Shown here: one piece after another, positions 37,872 through 50,339 of the stretch
Layout: each line of letters starts with the position of its first letter
How positions within the stretch are numbered: the first letter of the stretch is position 1
From: Catajapyx aquilonaris
Taxonomy: Eukaryota
Assembly (NCBI GenBank): GCA_000934665.2
Contig: JYFJ02002064.1
Span: 1-63,674 of the forward strand
Direction: 5' to 3'
DNA: 63,674 nt
Notes under the pieces: model-generated
What the model was told of the DNA's origin: nothing
What the model saw: only the letters and a program-made list of their open reading frames with translations
Databases searched by the model: none
Program-made: the position numbers and the translations under genes

Positions 37872-40613
37872 GAGCGGTACAAGTAAAATGACAGAAAAAA
37901 ACCGCATTTGATGATAGAAGCAAGCCACTTTGCACACTTGTTCCTAACACCATAAGGTTCAATTTGACCAGCAGTACCCTCAAAATTTCCCCGTAGAATT
38001 CAAAATGGCGACCGTCTGTTCAAAATGGCCGTCAATATCGAAAAGTGTTACTTTTTGGGGTACTGATGAATGCGGGTTGTCGATTCCGCATGATTTAAGG
38101 TCGCTAAACTCGAATTTGGCCATACCAATTTGCCATCTCGAATTATTTCGGCCCCAGAGGCGCCATTTTCCAAAATGGCGGCTTTGATTGCATACACCTC
38201 AAATTGTCCTAGAAGCGAATGTGATGTATCGATTCCGGGTCATTTCCACATGAGAAGCTCAAATATAAACTGACCTTGGCGACATTTTGTGTCAATTAGG
38301 CCTCACAGCCGCCATTTTCCAAGATGGCGGCCTGATGTATTCTGTAGACTCTGAACTAGTCGAAGCGGTACACAAAAATATGCTGCAAAATCTTGCAGAA
38401 AGCAAGCCACTTTGCACAGACGTTCCATAAACCAAGACGATCAATTTTACCCACAACACCCTGACCCCTGACCTTGTGGGGTCAAATGGAGGCCATTTTT
38501 GAAAAAGATAGTCATATTTCTTTTGTAAATTCCCAATTGCCTGTCCATGGCAATGATGGTGTCATTTCCGCATATTTCGAGGTCGACAAGTCTTGGTAAC
38601 ATGCAGGAGGTCATAAGGTCACTAGTTTGTGACCTATGACCTCCATTTTGAAATTACGTACCCTACTGGGCTATATCTAATGGTATTTGAGACTAAAAGG
38701 CGACATGTGAGGTATCGTTTAGATATAATTTGATGTCACTGAAACCGAAAACGACAAAAAAATTCGAAAATTCGGAATCATGCATCCGGTGACCTGTGGG
38801 GCGCCATATTGGGTTTCAACTTATACCCTTTGGTGGGGATGTGCACCCGTAAGCGAATAGTATTAGACGTGTTTGGTATCCTTGCAGCATAATAATTCGA
38901 GGTCGCTAAGACGATTGGTCATATTCAGAAGGTCAGAACCAGAAGGTCACTAGTTTGTGACCTATGGCCGCCATTTTGAAATTATCCTATCGGGAAATGT
39001 CTAAAGGTATTTGCATATGATGTGTGGCTTGTGAGGTGTCGATTACATATAATTTGCTGTCACTGAAACCAAAAATGACACTAAAAATCTCGAATCATGC
39101 TTTCTGAGACCAGACAAGCACCATATTGGATTTCAACTGAAGCCCTTAGGCGGGGATATGCACCTGAATTGAAAAAATAATTGCTATTATATTATAATCT
39201 GAGAAGTCGCACAAAAAGTACATGATATGCACTAAGATTTGACTTGCCTCTTGTTGCTGCATCTTCATTTGCATTTCTTACCATTGAGAGGGCATGGCAA
39301 TGACTACCTCATGCAAATGTAGGGCATTGTGTCGCATTTTGAGGCGCATCCGCACCTATCGAGGGCTCGACAAACTGGCCAGATCTCATCCTTATCGGAC
39401 CACACAGGCGTCCATGCCCTCTCAATTGTAAGAAATGCAAATTAAGATGCAGCAACAAGAGAGGCAAGTCAAATCTTAGTGCATATCATGTACTTTTTGT
39501 GCGACTTCTCAGATTCTAATATAATAGCAATTATTTTTTCAGTACAAGATATTCAGGAGTAGAAGAAAATTAGCTTTAATTTCTGGCTGCAGCGATCGCA
39601 AGGAATGTGGTATGGACACGAAGCACGTGTATTATTCTCTTACAGGCGCATATGGCATATCCCCACCTAAGGGCTTCAGTTGAAATATAATATGGAGCTT
39701 GTCTGGTCTCAGAAAGCATGATTCGAGATTTTTAGTGTCATTTTTTGTTTCAGTGACAGCAAATTATATGTAATCGACACCTCACAAGCCACACATCATA
39801 TGCAAATACCTTTAGACATTTCCCGATATGATAATTTCAAAATGGCGGCCATAGGTCACAAACTAGTGACCTTCTGGTTCTGACCTTTTGAATATGACCA
39901 ATCGTCTTAGCGACCTCGAATTATTATGCTGCAAGGATACCAAACACGTCTAATACTATTCGCTTACGGGTGCACATCCCCACCAAAGGGTATAAGCTGA
40001 AACCCAATATGGCGCCCCACAGGTCACCGGATGCATGATTCCGAATTTTCGAATTTTTTTGTCGTTTTCGGTTTCAGTGACATCAAATTATATCTAAACG
40101 ATACCTCACATGTCACCTTTTAGTCGCAAATACCATTAGATATAGCCCAGTAGGGTACGTAATTTCAAAATGGAGGTCATAGGTCACAAACTAGTGACCT
40201 CATGACCTCCTGCATGTTACCAATCGACTTGTCGACCTCGAAATATGCGGAAATGACACCAACATTGCCATGGACAGGCAATTGGGAATTTACAAAAGAA
40301 ATATGACTATCTTTTTCAAAAATGGCCTCCGCTTGACCCCACAAGGTCAGGGGTCAGGGTGCTGTGGGTAAAATTGATCGTCTTGGTCTATGGAACGTCT
40401 GTGCAAAGTGGCTTGCTTTCTGCAAGATTTTGCAGCATATTTTTGTGTACCGCTTCGACTATAGTTCAGAGTCTACAGAATACATCAGGCCGCCATCTTG
40501 GAAAATGGCGGCTGTGAGGCCTAATTGACACAAAATGTCGCCAAGGTCAGTTCATATTTGAGCTTCTCATGTGGAAATGACCCGGAATCGACACATCACA
40601 TTCGCTTCTAGGA
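37872..40613. mobile_element. Large foldback DNA element; ~1.1-kb near-identical inverted arms (38207-39294 / 39410-40613)
   Basis: TCCTAGAAGCGAATGTGATGT.TCGATTCCGGGTCATTTCC at 38207 is mirrored at 40573-40613. The arms match along their length, with ~115 bp extra in the right arm. The left arm extends further, to GAGCGGTACAAG at 37872. Confidence 0.9.
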
Positions 40614-41327
40614 GAGTACGGGTGCCGCCCAACGAACTCATCATCGCCGACATCAGTATGTTGGTCATCCGCACTAGCCCCAGCAGTGCCTCCAACTGAT
40701 AGGGTAGGAGGCCATGCGCAGTGGATTGGGGGCCGCCTGGTCAGGAGGGACCTTGTCCATCATCCTGGGCACCCTCCATCGCAGCAGCAGAGCCAAGAGG
40801 CGGAGTGTCCCTTTAAGTAAATATTTCAATTACCGGTATTCAGAGTTTACATTTCAAAGTTATGGCATAGGACCATAGGTGAATAGGCAAGCTGTACAGT
40901 ATTGTCAGTATATTTACATTATTATGCCTTTTCCAATTGCAGGTTACATAATTAATAATTATTATATAGTATATTAGTATTAGTATAGTATGTTAGTACA
41001 AAATAATGTTAGATAATGGTAGCAGAATTAAACACTTTGGTGATACATGTATACTTGTATAGTTGTATCTTCTATGTACTCAGCAAGTTATTGCTGATGC
41101 ATTGCTTCCAATATATTCTAACAATGTGTTAGAATGTGTTGGAATATATTGGAATATATTTTATAGCGAAGCAAGTGTAATACATGACACTAATATGTTA
41201 TGTTATGTAGCAGAACATTAAACCTATTTCAACTGAATGGGACTGCTCAATCGCATGCTTCCAAAAGTGTGATCTGATCTAGATGTAGATCTAGATAATC
41301 TGGATATGAAGGATCTAAAGTGATATC

Positions 41328-41486
41328 ACAATAATGTCTGAGGTGGGCGGGGGGTAGGACAGGTTGTTTATAGGTTTATTCTCATAAGTTTTATTAGTTC
41401 ATATGTTGGGTTAGCTTGCGCCTCCCTTCATCGCTGACTACCCCTTATAGGGAAATGTCGTGATGATGATGTTGTTGTTGTTGTTG
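41328..41486 (+). mobile_element. 5'-truncated retroelement tail with (GTT)n end and 12-bp TSD
   Basis: TAAAGTGATATC at 41316-41327 and 41487-41498. A near-identical tail occurs at ~45985-46110. It is inserted into a GATCTA-repeat element. Confidence 0.8.
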
Positions 41487-42203
41487 TAAAGTGATATCTA
41501 GATAGAAAATTGCTCAAGGATCTAGGATCTGACCTAGATCATTTTTTGTGTGATCTTTCCCATCTATGCTACGGTCTTACTTAAGGGCCCTTAAAATGTC
41601 ATTAGTGCCCACGCTTTATTTTTCGTCATGTAGGCCGTATAAGAATATAAGTGAAGCAAGACAATACTGCAGTAGCTGAATTCCATGGAAAGAAAGTCAT
41701 GAATCTTCTGTTCAGTTCAAGGTAAAAGAGAAAGCTGAAGATTGAGGAAGAAATTATTTTCTACTCTTTAGTGCACTTGGAAATATAAAGCGTGTTCTTA
41801 AAAAGGTTTTTTTTTTAAATTTTGTATATTCCACTTACGTTAGTGAAATAGGATGTGCTTATAGATCTTAATATCATATTGTACATACACAGACCCTTTT
41901 TTCCCCATCATCGATCATCATCAAATCCGATCAGGATCCAAGAGGCAAGACTGTCTTATTTGCACGGTTCTTGCAATATTCAACGAGAGCATCCAGTAGC
42001 GATGATTGTGTACATTGTTAACCCGCCCTCTACTTTGTGTGCCCAACATTCACTTCATCGTCTAAGAAAATTTAGATTGCGTAATACACAACAATATTAT
42101 TGAGTTACAAGACGTCCACTTGTCAACAAATATAGATTGTTCCGCACATTTTTCACTCTTGACTGCGAGGACACGTCTTTGAATCAAGTGTCACTACTCT
42201 TTC

Positions 42204-44258
42204 TTACATGTTGCTGTCATCTGTCACTAAAATCAGGCAATTTCTTCTGCCTGTCAAAAGTTCTGCAAAGAACATCAAAAAACTCAGTCCCCAAGTAACG
42301 GCGAAAAGGAGGTAAAAGGCACCACTCATTTGGGTGAAGTTGAGGGCGATCAGCCTCTTGAGGAGGAGGTCCTTCTTTCGTGCATCTGTGATTCCCATGG
42401 TCAGGCAGGCATACTCGAAGGATCTATGGAACTTATTGTGGATACCGGATTCTCTGACGTACTTGAGCATCCGGCTCATTATCGGAGAGATCAGGCTGTG
42501 CTTCTCGGTCACATAAGATCCTACAACAAATATATCGTTCTTTTTCGATAATTTGGTCTGCAAGTTTCCGGCCTTGTCCGCAAACTGGTAGCTTCCTGCT
42601 ATCAGGAAGTCGTGCGCACCGATGCAGCAGTGGTCGGAATTGATTGATTCCAGTATGCACGTGTTGAGGTCCGCGTGATCGGTCATGTCTCTGGCAGCAG
42701 ATTCGAAGTACTCCAGTCCTACAAGAGCACTGTGGATATAAGGTTTGACGAACTCGATCGTCCCCCAACTCCACTTAGGCCATTCCCGGTGCTCCCTGAA
42801 TGTCTCCGGGAGGTCCTCCATCAAGGGAGAGGCCAGGAAGCCGAAGTAGAGGGCCTCGTACCCACAGATGATGACCAGGGAGAAGGCCCACCAGAAGGAG
42901 ATGAATATTCGGGGTGGTTGGGTGGAGGGGACCAGGTTCGGGTTCTCTTCGATCAGGGTGGAGGAGAGGTACCTCAGGGAGTACAGGAGGAGGCGGGGGG
43001 ATGACCTCCTAAGGTCACCCGATGGTGGGAAGGGTGGGAGGGGACTCAGCTTTAAGATAAGGGCGAGGACTGCACTGCCAAAGACTACGGAGACCATCAC
43101 CATCGCCCACATGTCCGGAGTGTACGGTCGGAGCATCGAGTCCCAGGTGTAGCTCACTCGAGGGGCCCTGGTTACGAACGTGACAGTGGCAAACGCATGG
43201 GGAAAATTGATGTCGACCACCAGGGAAATGCGATCTTTAAGCATTATGAATCCAAACACTGCTTTTCTGCGGAGGATGGCTCCTGTTGTTCCTGTGTAGT
43301 TTCCATCGGGCAGTGGCACTTCCGGTCCCACCTCGTCTTCGAACCCAGGAGATTGCTTGACCCAGTCGAAATGCATGGACTGGCTGATGGGCAGGAAGTC
43401 CATTATCTCTGGAAACATGGGCAAATGGTTTTCCAGGAAGAATTGCAGCTCGTTTTTACTCAGGTCCACCAAGAATGATCCGTTGAGGAACTTGTTGTGC
43501 AAATTCCGGGAATAATCCGGGAAGAGATCCAGATCTGCAGGGATTACTTGTCCTCTTCCTGGGTCGAAACACCCCCTCGTGACCACCCTGGGATGACCCC
43601 CCTTGCAAAAGTGGCAGTTGGAGAGCAGCCTGGCCATCCCTGGATGACCTCCCTGGACCCCTGAGGAGGTGTCCACCCCCGCCAGGAAGAGGAACCTCTC
43701 CGTGACCCCGTGCAGCATGACCTCCTCCAGCCCCCTCCCTCCCCCCTCGCTGACCCACACCACGAACTTGTCCCTTCCCGTCTGGATGGAGACCAGTCTG
43801 GCCACCTGCTCCACCAGTGACCTCGGGTCATGGTGGTGGTCGGATGATGATGGTGACCCGAAGAGCAAGAGCAGGTACACCGCGCACTTGTGCTCCACCG
43901 CACCAGGTCTGTGCAACCAAGAGAACCAGTACTCGAACTGACCTGAGTTGACCTGGTGTGACCCCCTCTTCTGCCGGGTCACGGTGGTGGTGGTGACGGG
44001 CAGCACTGGGGTCACCCCCACCCGGTGTATCCTCCTGATGAACCCGGATAGTTCAGGCCCGTTGAACCTTCTTCCTTGGTCCGTGGCAGGCACCAAAAGG
44101 CAAGAAGGGTACATCCGGCTGACCAATTGGACAAACTCAGTGACCCGAAACAACTCGCTGTCCTCTGATGATCGAAGGTCAAGGGTCACCTCCCCATTCA
44201 CAGCCACCCCCAGAAGAAGGAGAGAGACGAGCGCAGATGGCAACGAGTGAAGCCCCAT
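42204..44258 (-). CDS. Divergent ionotropic receptor (IR, variant iGluR chemoreceptor), single exon, 684 aa
   Basis: N-terminal signal peptide; S1 DGNYTGTTGAILRRKA..DR; FVTRAP; RPYTPDMW plus TM1; PRIFISFWWAFSLVIICGYEALYFGFLASP (TM2); RESGI; LNFTQMSGAFYLL..FFAEL (TM3). These are arthropod IR signatures. Confidence 0.92.
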   Translation of the reverse strand: MGLHSLPSALVSLLLLGVAVNGEVTLDLRSSEDSELFRVTEFVQLVSRMYPSCLLVPATDQGRRFNGPELSGFIRRIHRVGVTPVLPVTTTTVTRQKRGSHQVNSGQFEYWFSWLHRPGAVEHKCAVYLLLLFGSPSSSDHHHDPRSLVEQVARLVSIQTGRDKFVVWVSEGGGRGLEEVMLHGVTERFLFLAGVDTSSGVQGGHPGMARLLSNCHFCKGGHPRVVTRGCFDPGRGQVIPADLDLFPDYSRNLHNKFLNGSFLVDLSKNELQFFLENHLPMFPEIMDFLPISQSMHFDWVKQSPGFEDEVGPEVPLPDGNYTGTTGAILRRKAVFGFIMLKDRISLVVDINFPHAFATVTFVTRAPRVSYTWDSMLRPYTPDMWAMVMVSVVFGSAVLALILKLSPLPPFPPSGDLRRSSPRLLLYSLRYLSSTLIEENPNLVPSTQPPRIFISFWWAFSLVIICGYEALYFGFLASPLMEDLPETFREHREWPKWSWGTIEFVKPYIHSALVGLEYFESAARDMTDHADLNTCILESINSDHCCIGAHDFLIAGSYQFADKAGNLQTKLSKKNDIFVVGSYVTEKHSLISPIMSRMLKYVRESGIHNKFHRSFEYACLTMGITDARKKDLLLKRLIALNFTQMSGAFYLLFAVTWGLSFLMFFAELLTGRRNCLILVTDDSNM

Positions 44259-45472
44259 GGCGAACTAGTCCTGCCCTGGTTTCAACCAGACCTTTTTATA
44301 ACTTTTCTGAGAACGAATTGACAGGAATTAATAAATTAATCTCCGCCTATTTATCCATCTTGGAACCGAGTGTTCAAATCGACGTCTTTGATGTCAGCCA
44401 AGGCCTTCACGCATCCTAGGTGCGAAATTCGACCCCAGCAGGAAGGCGACAATTGACATATCGCGAACTTATTTTCTTTTGAATAAGTGGGTAAAGACCA
44501 GCTCCACCCCTCCCCCGAATCTGTGCCACTCACCTGCCACTATCACTGTCAAATAATCACTTACAATGGCGGTTATTGTGGCTCCTAACCTGCTCTTTGT
44601 TGCAATTTTCCAGCCCACGTATCAATTACGAGCGAACTAGAAGCCTAAACCTTATTTGTATACATGTAAAACAATGCATCATGGAAGAACAGATGAGCTC
44701 CATTGAGCATATTACTGTGACATACCACGGAAATATGTATGTCAGCAGGGAATTCGCATGGTACGACCAGTTGCAACTTGCAATGATATACAAGGTATAT
44801 GACTTACTCTTGCATGGGATGCTACTATATAATTAGAAAGAGGCTTCATATTCCAGTTATCTTACATTCAAAAATAATTTTTACCTTCTGAAGGTGATGG
44901 CGATTCATCCCAGGAAGCATGGTTGAGACGGCCACGTGGGCATGTGCCATGCCGCGCGCACTTTATCAAATATTCATGCCATTTATTGATCGTATACTCT
45001 CCTGCATGAGAAGCAGCACTGGGGGGGAAGAAGGCCGGCGCGGCTGCTGCTACATAATTACAATGTTCAAATACCCACGAAAAGGAAATAGCAAGGTTAT
45101 ACAGTAAATCCTCCGTAATGACATGGATATAATGACACAGTTAATTATTAGGTAGGAACATGAAATATGCATGTCTATAAGTATTTTCGGGGGTCAGCCT
45201 CTGGCTCAACTAACGAGTCATTCAGATGTAGACATTGATTTGCTTCTTTGATATAATGGCGGTGTAATGACCCGAATGTGATGGATGGCCGTTGTGAATA
45301 ATTGCAGCATTGCAGTAGAATTGCTGGGAATCCCAGACAAATATTTAATAATTGTTGCTAAGAACATATTATGGCAGTGGTTTCCAACCTTTTACCAACA
45401 ACTGCGACCCCCTAAACATCTATATACGTATAAATAAATCTATACAGTATAAAGAGGGATGTGAGTCTGCCT

Positions 45473-45739
45473 GAGGCGACACGGTGGCGGAGTGGTTAGC
45501 GCCGCAGCCTTCCACCTCTAAGGTCCCGAGTTCGATCCCCGGATCGGACAGAGGATACGTACTTATGTGGATAGTTTCGATGGGTTCTCTCCGTGTTCGC
45601 GTGGGTTTTCTCGGGGTTTTCCCGTTTCCTCCCACTATCAAAATCCATCACAGCAAAGGCAATGATTAAAGACGGTTAATTAAAAAGATGATCCCCTAAA
45701 AAGCCCAAGGAGGCTTATCACGGGGTATCCATGATTATT
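45473..45739 (+). mobile_element. tRNA-derived SINE with V-domain-like core
   Basis: A box TGGCGGAGTGG and B box GAGTTCGATCC. The core GTTCTCTCCGTGTTCGCGTGGGTTTTCTCGGG..GTTTCCTCCCAC resembles the V-SINE domain. 14-bp TSD ATGTGAGTCTG(C/T)CT at 45459 and 45740. Confidence 0.85.
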
Positions 45740-46419
45740 ATGTGAGTCTGTCTGTCTTTCTGTCTGTCCGCCCACCAATGCCATCTGTGGTCCTACTCCA
45801 CCATCCTCAACCTCTCCCGCCTGCGTGTATAACGCCCACCTGCAAACCGTCATTTTCCTGCCATCTGTGGTCCATGACCAACACCAACCCGGCCTTCCTA
45901 AAATGGGGGCTCTCTGTGAGTCGTTTTCGCTCTCTGTGCATCGTGGAAATTTTGACGTTGAGGACTACCGTCCCTACAATTATACGGGTTGTTTTTAGGT
46001 TTATTCTCGTGAGTTTTATTAGTTCATATGTTGGGTTAGCTTGCGTCTCCCTTCATCGCTGACTACCCGTCATAGGGAAATGTCGTGATGTTGTTGTTGT
46101 TGTTGTTGCTGCTGTAACTCGGTTTAACTGCTCCACTGAAAGGAGGCCACAGTCACGTGTATACATGTGTTGTTGAGCGTGAGGCTCATTCATTTTTAGA
46201 GAGTCTTATCGATCATGAGGCATGGCCACGTGTCCTGGAGGCGCAGCATCCGTACTATACAAACATGATCAGCAAGGAGCAAGTGTATAGCTGAATATCA
46301 AAATAATAAAAATGATATGATTTTAAATGCATCCGTTATACACGTGCTGCTTCGTTATTTTTATCCCTTCAAACTCAGAGATGGGAACCAGATGGGAACT
46401 TACCGACCAGACGTCTGCT

Positions 46420-46829
46420 GGGTGGTTCCATTTCAGATCAGCCAGTGAGTGAAAAAAGGTGTCAAGTCATAGTCATCGATTTTTATGAAGAAAAAAATAT
46501 ACATGTAAAACCCGCATCCAATTGAACTCTTATGGAGCAATCAGTTTTACCAGATTAAATTTAGTTATCGATATTTTAATATTTCGTTTAAGGGACCGTA
46601 CCAAAATCATAGTCACGGGAAGGTGCGCTTTTTCCATTGCTTTCAATGAGTATATTTCGGGAACTGTTCTGAAAACCAACATGAAATTCATGCTTTTGGA
46701 ATGACACACTGTTATGTAATGCATAAATGTACCTCATTTAATGGTACAGTCACCTGCAAAAAAATCTCCAATCTTGCATATATTGGTCAAAATGCGCATA
46801 GTGTATTTCGCAATTTATTACGCCGTTAT
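46420..46829 (+). mobile_element. DNA-transposon end fragment, direct copy at 50340-50753
   Basis: GGGTGGTTCCATTTCAGATCAGCCAGTGAGTGA... ~400 bp colinear in two places. Confidence 0.75.
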
Positions 46830-47500
46830 GGTAAACGTGACGGTTGTGGCGATTATATTTTGGGATATACTCGGTGACCCCCTCTAGGCTATGAAATAAA
46901 ACCTTTGTTAGCTCCGCGTGTAGTCGAGATATGCGAGGTGGAAATAGGGCAACAAGCGAAAACAGGCATATTTAAAAATTCAATTTTTAATATTTTACTA
47001 GGAAAACCCTCGCTCCGCTCGCATTTTCCTAGGGCGCAGGCCTAGAAAACCACTCGCTTCGCTCGCTGTTTTCTAGGCCTGCGGTGTAGGACATGTTCTT
47101 AATGATGCTCACCCAACAATTGTCCTCATCATACCCTCCCCCCTCTCTCCCCCCTCCTTATATTAAACCTGTGACGGCTAAGTACATCATAATTACTATG
47201 ATGCCCTGAGGGGCCTGCGGGTTTTTGAATTTGGTGCGCGAGGATGTGCATAGAGAAGGCGACCTTTGCGGTGCCAAACCCGGTTCAATACGCTCCTGCC
47301 ATCTCTTGCATGGTGACTCAACTACCATAGCACTCCAGATTCTCCCCCTGTTCCCGCCAAGTAGAGTTGTATATGCCAAGGTCACGTTGCTCATACGTGA
47401 TCGTTTATGTAAACCTGTTCCCTCAGTACTACAGGGTGCCCGTAAAGTCTGGACTCTTGGGAGGGTTTTAAAAAAAAGTTATCTTGTGATAAGGCGGAGC

Positions 47501-47805
47501 CTTTTTAGGGAGGTGGAATACCACCATTTAACTCCATTTTTCTAGATTTTAACTTCAATATCCGGTGCAAGGAGTCAAGGATGTAGGCTAGGGGTAGGGA
47601 TTTTTGGGGAGGGAACATGGGTGCAAGGTGCACGTCTGAAAACGGGTCATGTGCAGTCCCCCAGGAGGTTAGGTTGCCAGACACCTCCTTGGTGCAGGTC
47701 AGAGACCCTCCTGACGCAGGTGAAAGGAAAGTTCCCCAGGCGGGGATCGAACCTGGGGCCTTTCACTCAGCAAGCCGTGACGTTACCATCTCGCCGATCT
47801 CGGCC
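47501..47805 (-). mobile_element. tRNA-derived SINE (second family); truncated relative at ~37455-37645
   Basis: Minus-strand head GGCCGAGATCGGCGAGATGGTAACG..AGGTTCGATCCCCG (A/B boxes). The tail motif (+ strand TAGGG..GTGG..TACCACCATTT) is shared with 37455 and 56441. Confidence 0.7.
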
Positions 47806-48273
47806 ATCTACACCTCCCCGACCCTTGGGAGTTCATCATAGTACAGTGTTGTGGTAATATTATGTAACCATAAGAACAGTGTACCATAGTCACTGAGTAA
47901 ACTATCTTGTGAGGCCTATCGACTTTCTGAGAGCCGGACGATTCTAAAAAGTTTATTTTGCGGAACACCCTGTATATGAATTTTTCTCCGGCATTTTACA
48001 ATCAAAAGGACCACCACGAATTTAAATGATTAATTTTGGCGCAAAGTTGTTATTCATTAATATCACTCCTACATGGAATTTTGAACAAAAAGAAGGAAAG
48101 AGACGGCCCAAAAACCTGCCAAAACTTGTGAAAGGGTTAAGGGTGCGCAATTTGAAAATACAGTTCCCATCTGTGGTTCCAATGATGGGTGCGATTCAAG
48201 GTGGCGAACAGAGCTTACCCAGTGTTTATGCAACAATACAGCTGGGCGACCCTACAGTCTGTACACATAGGTA

Positions 48274-48664
48274 CACTGTACTCCCGATTATTATCCAAGC
48301 TAATGACTGCACGGGTGTTGCCAGATAATTGGGAAACACGGACAATCGGAAAATGGTCCTGGAAAGGGAGCTATTCACAGGTTGTTGATGTACTACTGTA
48401 CAAAGAGCATGCTGCTTGGTTAATCCAAAAAATAAAGCTTATAATAGATTTTTACTTTGCCTTCTAGAGAAAGTATGGCATATATTTTTTCGTTGGTGAG
48501 ACATTGATATCGATAATATTGTTGGGTGGAATTTCCGTTGTTGAGTTATCAGTATGCACCATATCTAGCAGTGGGACAAAAATTCGAGACATTTTTTCGG
48601 ACGTAAATGTTTATATTATGGCGATGCACGTATTATCCGCACCCTGATAATCGGGAGTACAGTG
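48274..48664. mobile_element. pogo/Tigger-like MITE
   Basis: TA|CACTGTACTCCCGATTA...TAATCGGGAGTACAGTG|TA. Related inverted fragment at ~57745-57830. Confidence 0.75.
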
Positions 48665-50339
48665 TAATTGGATTCTACTGTTGGTTGCCAGTTGTGCCAA
48701 CTCAATAGCCTTCACTGACTGTATAAATAAACAACAATATAGTACGTCAGGCCAGGGGTCAGGGTAATAATTCGAACGCGTGACATTTGCAACCCGCCTT
48801 CTTACGTTCGATTCTACGCATTCGACGGTAGTCAGTTTCCGAGACTGCACCGAAGGAAGTGCCTCGAAGACGGTGTACTGAACTTTCCATCTGTGAAAGC
48901 ACCGCGCATGGGTAGTCCTACGCGCGCACATCCAAAGCAGTCCGATCAGTAGGCCTATAAAATACTAAGGTTAGAATTTCGAACTTACATTTCTCCGCCA
49001 GTGCATACGGCCATTTTTCAATAAGCAGCGACCCCGGGCGAAGGGGGGGCAGGCAGGCTGGGTGGGGAATGGAAAAAGGTCCGGCAGGATCCATCATCAA
49101 GGTCGACTTGCCCCGCGCATCAGATTTATTTCCTTGCGGCTCCCTAAAATCCCTCCCCCAAATCCAAGTTGCAAAATCGAGCATGTTCACACCTGCCCCC
49201 CATTTAAACAGAATTAACACGCGACACTGGGAAGGTAAACCTGAGTAATTTGACGACTGTGCATTTACAATCGACTCTATAATTTGTGTCGGAATCACGC
49301 TTTATTGACCTATGTACGGCCATATTAGGTCATACACGCTACTGCCATGTTTTACCAACCTTTTTTAACCGCCATCATGTAAACGCTGTGTTGGCTGCAG
49401 GGTCAGCTTTCTGCTCTCTCAACTAGGTAAAAGCTAAGTCATCATATAGCCCCGTTCAAATGTGTGGAGCGGAAAATGCGCGGCAAAATGTCGGCCATCT
49501 TGTGCAGATCGGCCGCCATCTTGCCTACACTCTAGCCTCGCACGGGGTTCACATTTCCTCCCCCTCCCCCCAACCCATTTTGGCGCCAAAACCTGCTGTG
49601 ACGTCACACTTGTCGTATACCCTCCCGACAATCCCTACTCTAGCAACCAGTCAACCACCCCCTACCCCATTACCCCAAGCACACCCTTGGCCCCGAGGCA
49701 GTACGCCCCGTGCACCAACATGTCTGCCCCACCAACACCGACGCCCCTGGTCCTAAATACACTGGTCAGCAGCGAATAAAAATAAGGGGGTCACGACCTA
49801 CTCACCCACGGTTGGCCTTGGGGGTGGTCACCCGTCCACCTGATGGCAGGGACTACATGCTGCCCTGGGCAGAGCTGGCGGAGGGCGCCCCGGGCGGGTC
49901 AGTGGCTCCCCTCCCACTGAGCGAGGGTCACTGACTGACAAGAAGAGCGTCCGATCCGCTCCAAACACAGCAACAAAAAGAGGGGGAAAGGAAGGTTCAA
50001 GAAGATTCTACTCGTTCCAGCGGGAGCTGATTGGCTGGACCTATATACCCACTCAGCATTTGTGGCGCCAGATTACGGCCATCTTGGGTCCCAATTTGAA
50101 TCCACTGTCTTTAACCCTAACTATGTACTTTGAATCGTATGTGCAATATTATAAATATCCTCAACATGCATGGAATTTTCTGCATTAAAATTCTTATTCC
50201 TATGTGGTGTAGCTTTGTAAAAGAAATATTTTGACAGTACTAGCGGTTATTTTTGTTTTGGGAGGAAACTAACTGCTGCTTTATGTGCATTAAGTTATTT
50301 TGTAGCACAGTAGTAGTAGTACAGTATCATAATAATATA

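Noticed and set aside
42330..44419. Multiple + strand and alternative-frame ORFs over the IR gene
   Set aside because: Shadow frames of a GC-rich coding sequence.
45475..45550. tRNA gene
   Set aside because: A/B boxes are present, but there is no full cloverleaf or terminator. The sequence continues into a SINE core and is bounded by a TSD.
49895..50030. HDV-like ribozyme on the minus strand (TGA-CCCTCGC-TCA as P3/L3)
   Set aside because: P1 would start with C, J4/2 lacks the usual C-R-A pattern, and a simple competing hairpin explains the pairing.
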